Source of the DNA: Lama guanicoe
Lineage: Eukaryota
Assembly: GCA_013239625.1 (NCBI GenBank)
Contig: MU054117.1
Span: 682,001-746,000, forward strand
Reading direction: 5' to 3'
DNA: 64,000 nucleotides
Of this stretch, positions 37,585 through 51,028 are shown in pieces. The notes beneath the pieces were generated by a model. That model searched no databases. It saw nothing but the letters and a program-made list of their open reading frames with translations, and had not been told where the DNA came from. How positions within the stretch are numbered: the first letter of the stretch is position 1; the number at the start of each line of letters is the position of its first letter. The position numbers were made by a program, and so were the translations under genes.

Positions 37585-40500
37585 TTAATGGCTTCGCACG
37601 GGAAGCCCACCCACCGGCCCCCCCTTTGCACGACCGCGCTCTGCCCCTCCCAGGTCTGATCTGGGGGAAGCCACCCAAGGGGACCTTCTTGACTCGGGAC
37701 AGGAGGCCAGGGGGGACCAAGTCCAGTTCCCCTCCTTCGGGGTCATGATCGCAGGCTCTGCCTCTCGTGACAAATGCCCTCCAACGACCCGGAAACGCCT
37801 GCCAGTAGCAGGCGAGCCCCCCACCAGCTACGGGACATGCCTTCCCGTCCCCCAGTAGCGGGCGGCGGCTGGCAGCCCTCACGGGACTCGGGGCGACGGG
37901 GGCCTGCGGCTGGCGCTGGGCGGCGGCCCGCACCTCGCACGGCTCTGCGCAGCCCCGACGCCTCCGTGGCGGCTCAGGGCCGCATAGTGGGGGTCAGCTG
38001 CTACAAACCAGGGCTTTTTCCCCCAAAGGGCCAGTGGCGAAGTGTTTCCCAGCACACCGCCGGGAAGACCCAGGAGGTCCCCTCTCCTCAACCCGGGTCT
38101 CGTTCCCAGGGATCGTCCTGCCCGCAGCATGCCTGGATGGGCTTCTAACCCACAGAAAGTGCTTCCCCACGTGCAGGGCAGCAAGAGGTTCCAAACACAA
38201 GAAAATGTCCTGGGGCTGCCCTTCCGGTTAAAAAAGGAAACTAACCAGGATGGAAAACACACAAAATCTAGATGATACAGGAGTTAAACGGTGCGTTCAG
38301 TTTAAAGTGGTAACGAGTGGAAACTGGAATTGGACTGGGACTTGCGGGAAGTGGGGCCCAGTGAACGGTTTCTGGGAGTGGCTAGTTCCTCCCCATTTTC
38401 TCTGACTCTGTCCTTATTTCCTCTCTGACTTTGAATTCACTTTCTGAGCGAGGCGGGGCTGGTGGCCACGCGGGGAATCACAGAGCCTGGCTCTCACTCT
38501 CGAAGCAAGTCTGTGCCTTTTCTTCCAAAACAGGTGCATAGGAGCCGTTTGCCTGAGACGTGCAGCCCCGGGAAATGGGCCCTCGGGGGCGTGTGAGGTG
38601 CACTGGGCACCGTGGCCACTCGCCGAGACACGACTCCTTCCCTAGCAGCTAAGGCCTCGTTCGCGGCGGGAGGCTGCACAGTCCGCCCTGAAGGGACCTC
38701 CTGCAGGAGGCAAAGGCTCCACGGGACAGGCACCTTGGGAGGGAGGACACACCGAGAAGCTGCAGGACAGCAAGGCCCCGCGCCCGCCGTCCAGGGTCTG
38801 TGTTCGCGGCGGCGGGCACAGGTCTCACCATCACCCCTTTTGGTGGGGGGAGGGTAGGGCCGGCAGTGGTCCAGGGCCATTTCACTGGGAGGTGGGGACA
38901 CGTTCCTTCAACGGCTGCCTTCACGACGCTCCCGTTGGGATATAATTTTCTTCTTCATTTTGATTTAATCCAGTTCTAATCAGATTGAACTTGCTCTTTC
39001 TTGGGCTTCCTGCCAACTGGCAGGACCCTCTCTTCCTTCCCAGGGATGAGTCAGACTGACAGCTGACACGCGGATGGAAGCCTTGCCTCCTTCTGCAGTC
39101 GGGCACGGGCGGGCGTGCAGAGAGGCCCCTGCCCTCGCGCCCGCCACTCCTCCCGGGGCCGTGGGCTTGCCCTCCAGAGACAGCACCCCGCAAGTCACCC
39201 CTCACTGCAGCTCCAGGCCCCCCGACCATCTTCCTGCCAGCGCACATTTGCAGATCCTGCTCCTTCCCATGAGCGGGTTTGGGTTGCAGGGCGACCACAC
39301 AGCTGAGGGCTCACTGTGGCTCTTCTGGACGACTTTGCAGAGAGTTCAAGTTCTTGTTATAAAATGGCTTCTCCTGAGCCGGGATCAGCCTGCAGTAGGG
39401 AAGGGTGATCTGGACGTAGTGTCAGATTTGCTCCTGATCTCGGGGGAGGAATGTGGAAACACACCTCTTCAAGGTTCAAAGCTCTGGGTTTGTCCCAGCT
39501 CAAAATCATTCAACGTACGTCCACCGGGCAGCGTCAGGAAGAGGGGAGCTGGGCCGTGCCTGGTCCTGACACTGCCCAGCAGAGGGGACACTGCACAGGC
39601 CGCTGGGCACCTCTGGGCTCCCTCCCTCCCCTCTGAGAGGAGAGGGCTGTGGTTGTCACGTGTGTTGATTCTACTCAGTGAATCCGTTCTGACAGCCCCC
39701 GGGTGAACCATCGCCCCTGTATGACAGCGTCACTGTGGGCCAAGGGTTGGACGTAAGTGGCCTCTCTCCATCACAGCCACCTAGAGGTCGTGCTATTTAT
39801 GATCCGTGTTTGCTCAGACAGGTGATGAACGTGTAAGAACACTGGGCATCCAGCAAGCACAGAGCTGGAACCTCCAAACTTCTGCCTCGAGTGGGGTGAT
39901 GGGTCGATTTCTCAGTGCTTTCCCTGATGGCTCACTATGAACACAGGGCATTTTCTTGTGTTGGACACAGACTGAAAACTCTCCCACCCTCCAGGCAGCT
40001 GACCAGGGCGTCTGTGGTCCTGTGTGTCGTTTTAACCCGGACAGAGGAGCACGTGGCAAAGGTCCGGTGTGATGGGGCCTCTCACCACCGCCCGTGGGAA
40101 GGGGTAGGGTTGGAGGCGGGGTCTGCCCTCTCCCACATCTAAGACTGATCCCGACCCCCCTGTGAGGCGGCGGCTGCAGCCAGAGGTGGGAGAGCGCTGA
40201 AGAGGCGCTTCCCTCCTCTGCCCGACTCCCCGACACTCACGTCCCCGGACGTGCAGGAAAGCCTCGAAGCAGCTGCCCTCCCCCACGTGGCAAGGTGGCC
40301 GAGTGTCACCAGGAGCCTTCAGGTGATGGCCCTGGCGTGGCTGCTGGGGGGTCCGGAGGTGGCCACCCAGGGCTGCTCGGTGCCCCGGTCACATGCTGCC
40401 TCGGCCACTTTTCAGCTTCACCTGAGTGAAGGCCGGAATTAGGTGGGCCTTACATTGGACAAAGTCGCAGGAAAGCATGATCCACGGCTGTAAACGTCTT

Positions 40501-41052
40501 TCAGAGAAAGACAGGGACTGGTCAGTCTGACCAGAGCCAAAGAGAAGTCGAATTTCAGTCTGTTCCGTTTCTTTGCATTGCAGCTCAAGTCCTCACGCCC
40601 TGGCCCAGGGGACACAGGGTGAGGGGGACTGAGTCGTCACTGCTAGCCTGCGGGGCCCGCGGCCGGAGAGCCCGGGCGGGTGCCCAGCTGCCAGGCTGCT
40701 GCTCGGCTGGAAAGCACCCAGGCCACAAATCTCCAATCCTGTGGCCAAGCCCTTCCCGCCCAAGGGGCCCGGCTGCTGGGGGCCCAGGAGAAGTGCCCAG
40801 CCCACCTGGACTGCTGGGGCGGGCAGGGCTGGCCGGAGGCAGGTGGGCCTGGGTACCTCCCGCCGCAGCCCACACCATTGGGCTCCCCCTCGCACGTCTG
40901 CCCTCCGCCCAGCCAGGCCAAGGACATCCCTTCGAGGCTCCCGAGGGGGACCCGAGTCCCAGGTTCATCTGAGTCAGAAAAGAACGAAGCCAGAGGAGCA
41001 GACAGAGTAAATAAAATAAATGGAAAATTCAAGACCTTTTCCTTGGTCCTGC

Positions 41053-41184
41053 NNNNNNNNNNNNNNNNNNNNNNNNNNNNNNNNNNNNNNNNNNNNNNNN
41101 NNNNNNNNNNNNNNNNNNNNNNNNNNNNNNNNNNNNNNNNNNNNNNNNNNNNNNNNNNNNNNNNNNNNNNNNNNNNNNNNNNNN
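41053..41184. other. Assembly gap (132 N)
   Basis: Run of N. Confidence 1.
41057..41160 (-). CDS. CACNA1C: Inferred downstream mutually exclusive IS6 exon ([11 protein letters not shown] type), hidden in the N gap; coordinates approximate
   Basis: Not visible in the sequence. Inferred from position a few hundred nt after the MQDAMG exon, from the gap size (132 N, enough for 104 nt plus splice sites), and because the minus strand resumes with gcaggaccaaggaaaaggtcttg, as expected just after a gtaa donor. Confidence 0.6.
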
Positions 41185-41405
41185 GCAGCCCAGCGAGCAG
41201 CCGAGCACGGCCCCGCGCCCCCCGGCCCCGGGCGGGACCGGGGTCCTCTCGGTCAGTCAGCGGCCAAGCGGCCTGCCCAGCCAAGGCTCGGAATCGGTGG
41301 CCGAGTGGAGGCCTTTGGCGCTCTTCCTGGGCCTGGTGACGGATACAGAGGGCCTGGGGCCTTGCTCAGCTGCGTCGTAGAGGGGACACAGAAACCGGCA
41401 GCTTA

Positions 41406-41741
<336 letters not shown>

Positions 41742-44700
41742 CTAGTCACATGTCTAAGAAGCTGGGTCACCTCAAGAGGTGGTTTGCTCAGTTGGGTTCA
41801 TGTGGCCGTCAGGTCTCCCACCGTGCCCGGGACCCCGGCCTCAGCTCTCATGGACAAGCCGGGGGCTCGGAACCTCTGGGGACACGTGCGTGGGAAGGAG
41901 ACTTCCTCGAGGGGGGACCGAGCTGCCTCGCGGCACCGCAGGCCACGGCCGGGAGGACGGGCACTTGGGTTCACGTGTCTGGGGGACGGTCCCTGCCCTA
42001 CAGCCCATCAGATTGCAGAGACGCCGTGGACGGTCTCGCGCCCCTGAGTTTCCAAACAGATGTCGCACTGGCTAAGTGCTCCAGCTTCCTGAATGGTTCA
42101 TGTCAGCGTTCCTGAGGTGTGGCCCCGGAACAGCAGCGTCAGCCTCAGTGGGAGCCCAGGACCAGTCGGGACCGGCACACCCTCGCCTCGAGTTCTCACA
42201 AGCCCCTCGGCGAGTCTGACATGAGCTGATGTCGGGGACCCCTGGTTCTCGTCACCCTCTCTGCGGCCCCAGGCTCAGAAGCAACGACGTGACGGAGGCT
42301 GTGATTCCCCGCACACCTCTGGGCACCGCACACCGGCCGAGGACCCGCAGCAGAGTCGCGTGGACTCCCAGCCGCCCCAGGTGACGCCAGGTGCGCTGGC
42401 GTAGCCGGCCTGACAGGTGCCTGAGGAGGGTCAGGCGTGCTGGGACACGGGCTGCAGCCCCAGGTCGGCGGGATAGCTGGCGTCTCCTTTGAGAAGTGCC
42501 GACAGGGTGAGGTGTCACATCCCAACACGACCTTTCCAAATCTATGTGTTTATCTGGGGCTACGAGACCTTGGTTGGAGGGATCTACCCAAGGTGGCCGC
42601 AGTACAGATACCTGCCTGTGCCCTGGCCTTGGGGTCGCTGGTCTGAGCCGAGGCAGTAGGAACAGAAGGGTCCCTGACGTGCCCACTTTCCAGGTCACAG
42701 TTCAACCCGATTCACGGCGAGGCTGTGGCGCATTCCCAGGGCCATGTGGCCCACCCTGTTTTCACTCGGCACTGGTCACCTTCTCACTGTGTGGTCCACT
42801 CACCATTGTGCACCGTTTGTCTCCCGGGCTGGGGGGCAAGCTGTCGGGAAATGGCCATGTGGTGTGCCCCGTGCCCCTACGTGCTTCGAGCAGCACCTCG
42901 TACAGGTGGGCCTCAGGGACGTCTGCCACGTGGACGGCGGAGTTCACAGGTGCCGGGCGCCTCGCGGCACACGGGAAGCCCTTGCCAGTCAGGGGACAGG
43001 CGAGCAGACGCCAGGTGGGGGTGCAGCTGCAGGGCTTCGGGTGCTCACGGTCACAGGCACAGAGCAGGGCCGCGGCGTGAGGCCGCGAGGCCAGCGGGGG
43101 CCAGGCTGGGCGGGACCGGGTAGACCTGGCATCAGGGGCCACCGAGGGGAGAGGGGGCCAGGCAGCAAGGCCGCTGGAGGCCAAGGGGTCCTGAGGCAGG
43201 AAGGGGTTCCAGGAACTGGCGATCGCTGGAAACAGAGCCGGTGGCGTGTGGCCATCCTCCTCTGGGCCGGGGTCTCCCGGAGGCTGAGCACTGGACACCC
43301 AGCACAGTAGCGGTCAAGAGGGGGCCAAGCTGGGTGCCTCCTTCATCAAAAGGTCTTCGTCTGAGCCAAGTCTGTGAAGGAAACCACTGTGCAGGGTGTC
43401 CGGAGACACGCTCGCTCCCAGGAGGGGAACACAAGGCTCAGGACTCAGGGGCTGTGGGTTGACGGTGCTGAGGGCCAGGGAGCCAGGCGTGTGTCGCGGG
43501 TTATGATGGGACGTGACCTGACCCTTTATTCTCAGTAGCCATCACATGGAGTCTGTGTCTGTTCAACCAGGTTCACGAGTGCCTGCTGCGTACAGGACAC
43601 TGTCCTGCCGCCGTGACAGCCGTGGGGGGAGCAGCCCGGGCAGGAGGAGGGCGCCCGTGGCCGCTTCTGTGGCACCCGATCCACAGTCCTCACGGTTTCT
43701 TCTCCGAGGTTCAGTCTTGCCCGTGACGGTAGGCAGTGCCCCCTCCTCCTCTGCTGGGAGGTGGGCCCTTTGGGAAGAGCTGGTGAGGCTGGATCCTCGC
43801 TTGGCAGAGACAGGCAAGTGCACACAGCACCATGGGCATCAGGCCGTGTCCCCATCACGCAGCCGCTCCACTCTACTGGGAAGCACTTCCCTGCTCGCGA
43901 GTGGGCGTGAGCAGCACAGAGGGGTCTGTCCCGGGCAGGTCCTGGCTCCTCCCCAGGTGCAGACCCCACCTTCCTGCGGAAGCCACGGCCAGCTGGCCAT
44001 GGGCCACCTTGTGGAACTGCCCCCAGAGCTGGGCGGATGGGGACGGGGAGGGAGGGCTGGCGCCACTGCAGCCTCCGTGAGGGAGGTGTCTCCGGACTGC
44101 TCCTTGTGCCCTACATTTTGTGAACATTTAAGCTCACAGAAAACACAGTCCTCTGGGCCACACACCTCTGATGACTCAGGTGCCCACATGCCTCGGAGGC
44201 TTCCTGGGGCCCCTTTGCAGTTCGAGTGTCCTTTCCTCTGGGCCACATGCAGCATCACCGGGACCTCAGATGGCTGGAGCTGCAGATCTCAGACCCACAG
44301 ACGGCCTCAGGGTGACCCCACGACCCCTGTATAACCTCGGGCCCCCCAGACAGCCCATGAAGAGCCAGGGTCCCGCCCAGGAGACGCACGGCCTCACAGG
44401 CCCCGTCCTACTCTCTGGTCTCTGCCTCAGCTGCGGGCTGGCCCTCTCAGAGGGTCAGGGTGGGGTGGCAGGTATGGGGAGGGGGCTTCCACGGGGGTCC
44501 TGGGGCCCCTCCACGGCCCGCTGAGCAGTGCCCAGCAGCCAGAGGAGATTCTCGGCCTGCCTGGCTCCAGCCTCTGCTTCTCTCTCACTGTTGCCTCTTT
44601 GTCCCGGGCCACCTGCTTTGGGGCCGACTGGGCAGCCAGCCTCCGTCCGGTGGCCGGGAAGTAGGTCAGCGCCCAGAGCAGTGAGACGGATGACTTCAGT

Positions 44701-46474
44701 CAGCGGGGACGGGGCCACTTAAAAGACAAGGATAAATAAAGCCATATTTTAAAAAATGAGCCAGATTGCTGGCCTCCTTATTTAGAGGTGAAGAAAGGAC
44801 AGGTCCTCTCAAAGCGCGGACGCTGGAAGGTCCTTAGGTCCCTCCTAGGGGAGGTGCGCAGAGGGGCACCTGGCGTCCGCCGCCGGCAGCCACGGGGCCC
44901 CCGGGCCGAGACCAGCAGGGAGACAGAGCATTTGCTGGAACCCACACCCGGCTCTTCCCAGGACCCGCGCCCGGAGCTCAGGGAGCACAGAAGGCAAAGC
45001 ACGGAAGGCCTTCTGAAGCCCACGTCCAATTTCTGGAGGGGAGCCACTGCCTCGAACCCTCAGACCTGGCACACACGCCTCCCCTAACAGGAGAAGCCCT
45101 GTTTCCTCAGGGCCTCCGTCTGTCCCAGCGGGCAGGCCCCCGGGAGCCTCCACATTCAGCACCTTCTCCGCTAAGTTTCCGCTAAGGCGCAGCCCCGGGG
45201 GTCCCCGAAGTCTGGGCAGCCCGGGCTGGGTGCCAGGAGGCTGTCACCTGCCCTCAGAGGCAGGAGGCGTGAGCCCAGAGCCTTGTCGTCAGAGGGCGGG
45301 GTCTGTTCTGCCCCAAAAGCCGGGGCCCCGGGCGATGGCCTTTGTCACCTTGCCTGTGGGACACGGTCCCCCCACAGGTCACAGGGGAGCAGCGAGCGGA
45401 CAGCAGGTCCTACCCGACCCCCTTCTGCCCCGGCCCTGCCGACTGACCAGGAGAGCCCAGACCGTGGCGGGGATGCCAGCAGGCCGGCCGCGAAGGAGGC
45501 CAACAAAATCAGCTCCTCCATCGACTTAAAACCTCCCTCCTAGAAACTCAGCGGGGATCCCGCACGGACGTGGGGAGTGGGGTGCAGGCCTGCGGACGCC
45601 GGTTATCCGGGGTGGGCCTCGCGGACACTTGGTGAGGACCCAGGGCCGGCCGGGCTGTTCCTGTCTGTCGAGACCCCAAAGCACGGTTCTCTCCAGTCTC
45701 CCAAAGTGTCACAAAGCTGCTTTTCCTTCTGGCCTGCTCCTGGCCCGGCTCAAGGCCAGCGAAACCCCGCCTCCTCTGGGAAGCTCTCCTTGCGCTCACT
45801 GAGCTCGGCCGTGTGCGTGCGCGTGCGTGTGTGTGCACGTGTGAGCCACGTTCCCCGGCGTGTCCCCATCTCTCCAATCAGACCCAGGCCCTTGAGCACA
45901 CACCTGGGGGCACCGTCAGTGCTCACTGAATGTTTGTTAAGTTGATAATCGAGTAATCAGGACTCGTCTAACGCCAGTGAAGGGAATGGAACAAAGCCTT
46001 GTAAGTAAACAGACAATAGCTTTGATAGATGTGAATTCTCCTTCTCAACGTGTTTATAAACCACCAGTTTGCCGTGTAGGTAACCGGTTCCCTGCTCAAT
46101 GCGGCAGGGCGCCAAGTGGGTGCCCCTCTCCCTGGGGCAGCAGAGTCAAGGTTAAGGGCCACAGGGAGCTGGGAGCCCAACACGCCTGCCCCCGACACCC
46201 TTCAGGGAGCCCAGGACGCGGCTTCTGGGCTGCTGGAGGACTTCCCTCAGCTCTGCGCTTTGAATGGCTCTCAGGCCATCAGCGGAACTCAGATCCCCCA
46301 CCTCTGCTTGCTTGATGCCTTCAGAGGCTCATTTTCCGTATTTGTGGTGAAATGAGGTGGAAATGCAGTGGGAGAAAACAGGGTAAAACGCCTGAATTCC
46401 ACCTGCTTGCATGTAAAGGACCTTCGTCATTAACAAGGGGCATTTCAGCAGTGCCAAGACCAGAGACCAGAGAT

Positions 46475-46640
46475 GGTGTGTTGTACATGTGCCCACGTGT
46501 GTGTACCTGAGTGTGCCTGTGCGTACCTGTGTGTGTACCTGTGTGTCTGTGTGCGTACACCTGTGTGTGTACCTGTGTGGGTGTCTGTGTGTGTACCTGT
46601 GTGTGTGTCTGTGTGTGCGAACCTGTACGTGTACTTGTGT
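46475..46640. repeat. Degenerate (GT)n / (GTGTGTACCT)n simple repeat
   Basis: Read directly. Confidence 0.9.
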
Positions 46641-48438
46641 CTGGGAGGAAGGTCTCCCAGGATGTCCTCACGTGTGTGTGTGGAGCTGACAACTGACTTG
46701 TGCAAAGTTAAAACCTTACACTTTCGTTCCCAAGGCCTCCAGCTAAACCCAAACTGAAGCAGAAACACCAAAGACACATCTCTCCTCTATACGCTGTCTC
46801 ATTAATATTCTTTCTGATCTTATTTTTAAGCTGAATTCCTAATTTTAAAAAATCAGCAGAAGAACTGATCATGGAGAAACCAGTGGGGGAAAATGAAAGG
46901 TTTTCTCAGGAAGGAGGGGCCAGGGTGTTGGTGGAGGTGAGTCTGGGACATGGGCCAGAGGGGGCCCAGCGACCTCGGGGCTTGGATCAGAGGGCACCGT
47001 GGGCAGAGGTGGACAGCAGCCTCCAGATGGACAGCTGTCCAGGGACTGAGATTCTGAGGAGCTGGGTGCCTGGGTTTCCGCACGGCACCCACACTGGCTG
47101 CGGCCCCTTCCCAGGCCTCGCCAGGGCTCCCAACCCCAGTTCTGGGCCACGCGGCTCCGTCCCCGGGAGCAGGGCCGTCCCCAGGCTGGGCACGAAGTCA
47201 GCGCTGAGCCCTGATGCATGGATGGTGTGACCGCGGAGGGAGGACTGCTCAGACTTCAAGGCGACCCCAGCTCCAGATGGTGTCTGAGGACCTACGATTG
47301 TCCTGGTTCAGGAGCACAGCCCACAGCTCACAAGAGAGCAGTCCAGAACCACCCAGCACTGGGTCACAGCACGCCCGAACGGAGACGTGGAAACTGCGGG
47401 GGTGCTGCGAAGGGCCTCCCCTCCCGGCGCCTCGCTGCTCCGCAGGAGACGACACTTATACACGATCACCCTCTGGCTACTTCTAAGGGGTGCGGTCACT
47501 CTGACGGTAAATGGAGAGGCTTTGGCTTAAGAAGCCACTTCCCAAGGAAGTCACTCCCCCAAGCCCGAGGTCTGGCTTGGTTTCTGAGTGCCCTGTCCCA
47601 CGCCTTCTCTGTCATCCACAGGCCCCTGGAACGAGCCGGGTGCGAGGTGAGGGGGTGCTGGTTCAGGCCGGTCCCAACGTGTGGCTTTACCAGCCAAGGA
47701 GACGTCCGAGGATTACTGACCAGGCCTGACTGTGCCCTTCATCCACTATCTCTTCAACATCACAAACGTGGGATGAAAACCAGAGGTAGGAGGTTCAGAG
47801 ATGCCGCCCCAGGAGGAGGCTGGAGCCTGCCCCTCGCTCCGGGTCACCACCCCCACCCCTCACCGGGCGACAGCCGCTCCTCTGGGACTTTAGTGGCCTC
47901 TTCGCTCCCCAGGAGCACCTGACCAGCTTCCGGTGTCCAGTCACTGTTAGGCCTGAAATCGCAGCTGCCCTCCCCACGCCCTCCGGACTTGCGTCCTGGA
48001 CTGGAGGGAAAAGCAGTCCCGAAGGGAAGACCCCACCTTCTGTGGAACCGCCTCTCAGCCGGGGCCCAGCCAGAGCACCACATGGGTTCAGTCGGGGAGA
48101 CTCCAGGGCTGTTGGAGCCCGTCTCCTGGGGCCTTAAGCTGCAGGTGCGGGGCCTGACTGCGTGCTCCCGGGGCCACGGCGGGGTGGGGAGGGTGCCCTC
48201 TCCCTGTCTGGCAGGCTGTGGGTGTCATGCCAAAGCACATTGAGTTGTGAGAGTCTGTGTGCTTGGAGATGCAGGCGGAGCGGCGAGGAGGAGGAGTCCC
48301 AAAGAGGGAGGAAGGCAGAGGGAGAGGTGGCCGCAGGACAGTGACAAGCAGAGACTTGGGCCGAAAGCAGGCGCTTTGGGCTGAGAGGTGCTTCCCTCGG
48401 GGACGCTCGCGAGAGGTCCTGTTTCGGTTCCCTATGTG

Positions 48439-48488
48439 TGTGTGTGCGTGTGTGCGCACATGCACATGTGCACACACACGCACACACA
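48439..48488. repeat. Alternating purine-pyrimidine inverted repeat, 24-bp arms, one mismatch, 2-nt spacer
   Basis: tgtgtgtgcgtgtgtgcgcacatg-ca-catgtgcacacacacgcacacaca. Confidence 0.9.
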
Positions 48489-50447
48489 GCACAGCTGTTT
48501 CAAAAGATGCTGGGTAAGTCAGAGCGAGGCGGCCGTGGGCCTGGGGCCGGCCCCTCCCAGCCCCTCCTCCGCCCCACCCCCAGCCCGGCACCCCCCACCC
48601 CCGGCCCCAGGGGGCGGGAGCGGGAGGCAAGTGCAGCTGCTGGAAATTGGTGGTTGCCACGTGGGCCCCTCTCACCCCCTCTCTGGCTGTCATCACGACA
48701 GCCTCCCGGGTCACCTCTGGCTGCTGGGGGGAGAGGGACGGAGGGGGAGGGAGTTGCACAAAAATACTTCGGGCCGTCAGCAAAGTAAATTATACGTATC
48801 CCCCCCAGCCCCACCCCCCCCACCCACCGCCACCCTGCCCTCCATTTGACGCCATGGGAGGCATTTCCACAGCAACTCGAGGCACAGGCGTGAGGCTCCT
48901 GAGCCCCACTCCCCGCAGTCGGTGCTCTGGGGCCCAGAGGCAGGAGCCGCCGGGCTGCAGGAGGTCCCGAGGAGGAAGGGCCAGTTAGGGCCACTTTGGG
49001 ATTTGACCTGCTTTGCAAAAGGGAATTCAGCCTGCCCAGACAGAGGGAGCTCCTCCCCTTTGGGCTCAGATTATTCAGAACCAAGTTCTTCCTGCCTGTC
49101 GCTGCATCTCGTCTGAGGGAGGGGTGGTCAGACCTCTGTCCCCTTTGAAAGGGTCACAACATGGCCACTGTGAGGCTACGGTTCAGTCTAGTGTAGCTGG
49201 CTCCCCTAGACCAAGGTTTTCGTCTGAACTGTACGTTGTTATGTCTGAATCCTCGGGACTGGGCACCCCCACAAGCAAGGAACGTGCCATCCTGTTTGCT
49301 GGGTCCCAGGCCCCCTGGCAAGTCTCAGCTGGTCCTTCGCAGAGAGGTACACACTTCACGGCAGTGCTGGGTCTCAGCCTGATGACTCTAACCCCAAAAC
49401 TGGGAGAAGAGGACTTTGGAATCGTTGAAAAACAACTTAGAAGCTGCAATGCCCTGAATTCACAGAGCATCTCTGCGAGGTTCCAGAACTCCGCCTCCTG
49501 GTCGAGGAGGGGGCCGCACCTCTCCTGGCGCTAACTCCTCCCGGTCTGGCAGCTGCGCTCCTGGGAAGGCATCCACCCCTCTCCTCCCCGAGTGGGCTCT
49601 TGGGTGGTTTTGGGGATGGCCAAGTCAATTTGACTGTCTGCAGAACTCTGGGTGCGATGGTATTTTCAAGCCTGGCAACGAGCATTTTCCACCCAAATGC
49701 TGGGAACAGCGCCGGGCTCTGGCAAGTCACTCCTCGCACTGACGCGGGAGACACTGCAAAGAATGGCATTTTCTGGAGGTCCCACAAATAATGAACTTGC
49801 CTCTGCCAGACAGAGACAAATCAAATATGGCCTGTTTGCTTATGGGACAGGCTGTCCAAAAAGCCGGCACTTCAGCAATGTGAGAGTTGGCAAAGCCGTG
49901 CTGGCTGCTGGGGCAGAAAGGGGCACCTTTAAGGTGAGAGGAGACGGACGGCTGACCGGCTGACCCTTGAGAAGCCGCATTTCTAAATGAGCATCTCACA
50001 GCCAGCAGGGTGGTTTGTCAGCAGTGGGAATGATCACGTGTGCTCGTCGGATGGGCTGCTCTACTGTAATTCAGGGAAGGTTGTCGTGAGAGGTAAAAAC
50101 ACAACAGCACATGCCAGGATGCTGCCCGCACCAACACGAACGGCTTCCTCTTAGAGTTTCCTCCTTGGCCTCAGAAGGGAGTAACTGTGCCTCCTGGGGA
50201 CAGTGCCTCTTCTGGGGACAGAGGCAGGACGCACAGAGAAGGGAAGGAGCCCACAACAGGGTGGGGGGAGACCCCTGGTGTCGCTTGTCTTGGGCTGGTG
50301 GGCGGAGAGAGACTCACTAGGTGAAAGTCTCAGTGTGGTTTCTCTGGCAAGACCTGGAAGAAGTCAAAGCCACTCCACCCAGGTGTGCGTGGGAGCACGC
50401 CTCCCGGGGGCGGGAGGAGGAGAGGGCGGGGGTGGGGGAGAGCGCTA

Positions 50448-50735
<288 letters not shown>

Positions 50736-50894
50736 TTAGAGAGGAAAGTGGTGGGTGAGCCGGGGGGACGGCAAACGGCCACCGTGACAGCAACACGGAG
50801 CAGACTTCCCTCATGCCCCCAAACACGAGGCACCAGGGACGCATTTTAGGCCGCCACAGACTTCGGAGGTCAGTGCTTTCAACTGATCGTTGTA

Positions 50895-51028
50895 GGGGGA
50901 GGGCACAGCTCAAGTGGTGGAGCGCACGCCTGGCATGCACGAGGTCCTGGTTCAATCCCCAGCACCTCCTCTAAGAATAAACAAATAGGTAAACCTAATT
51001 ACCTGCCCCAGCAAAACAAAAGTAGTAA
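50895..51028 (+). mobile_element. tRNA-derived SINE (camelid Vic-1-like) with degenerate 15-bp target-site duplication
   Basis: Same family sequence; flanked by caactgatcgttgta (50880-50894) and caactacttgttgta (51029-51043), 12 of 15 identical; about 215 nt upstream of the exon 7 acceptor. Confidence 0.9.
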
